Shown piece by piece: positions 63,891 to 64,000 of a stretch of 64,000 bases of DNA (positions are counted from its first letter, which is position 1; every line of letters begins with the position of its first letter). The stretch comes from Hydrolagus colliei (lineage: Eukaryota): the NCBI GenBank assembly GCA_035084275.1, contig CM068742.1:103602001-103666000 (forward strand). The letters are read 5' to 3'. The translations under genes and the position numbers were made by a program. The notes under the pieces were generated by a model, which searched no databases, was not told the origin of the DNA, and saw nothing but the letters and a program-made list of their open reading frames with translations.

Positions 63891-64000
63891 ATGTCTCTTT
63901 TCTCAAAGGCAAAACGCTTACAGCAAATACTCACCTACACTTGAAAACCCACCTTACCACAAAGGAAACACATTGATTGTGAGAACACAAATAATAATCA

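Noticed and set aside
1-64000. CRISPR arrays, operons, prokaryotic defence systems
   Set aside because: No regularly spaced repeat-spacer array; the sequence is eukaryotic intronic DNA and the recurring motifs are SINE/LINE tails.

Overview
Vertebrate (not prokaryotic) genomic DNA. The repeat landscape suggests a cartilaginous fish, probably a holocephalan such as the elephant shark (inference). The only convincing host coding sequence is one large internal exon of GLIS3 on the minus strand (52813-53848, 1036 nt, AG/GT bounded). It encodes the GLI-homology N-terminal region, a PPxY motif and zinc fingers 1-2. Everything else appears intronic, with a downstream intron of more than 52 kb. The introns are packed with tRNA-derived Deu-domain SINEs, L2 and CR1 LINE fragments, two Penelope-type fragments and several tiny DNA-transposon MITEs. 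Most notable: (1) minimal dimer-type hammerhead ribozyme motifs in the two Penelope-like fragments, both antisense to GLIS3; (2) a Tyr-to-Cys change in the SUFU-binding YGH motif of GLIS3, with erosion of the neighbouring GLI-homology box; (3) four 28-45 bp duplications of sequence lying 0.7-1.8 kb away, resembling templated insertions; (4) two ~90-110 bp palindromic CCC...GGG MITEs with 2-bp TSDs; (5) an unidentified coding-like relic near 44.9-45.4 kb. Repeat boundaries were read by eye and are approximate.
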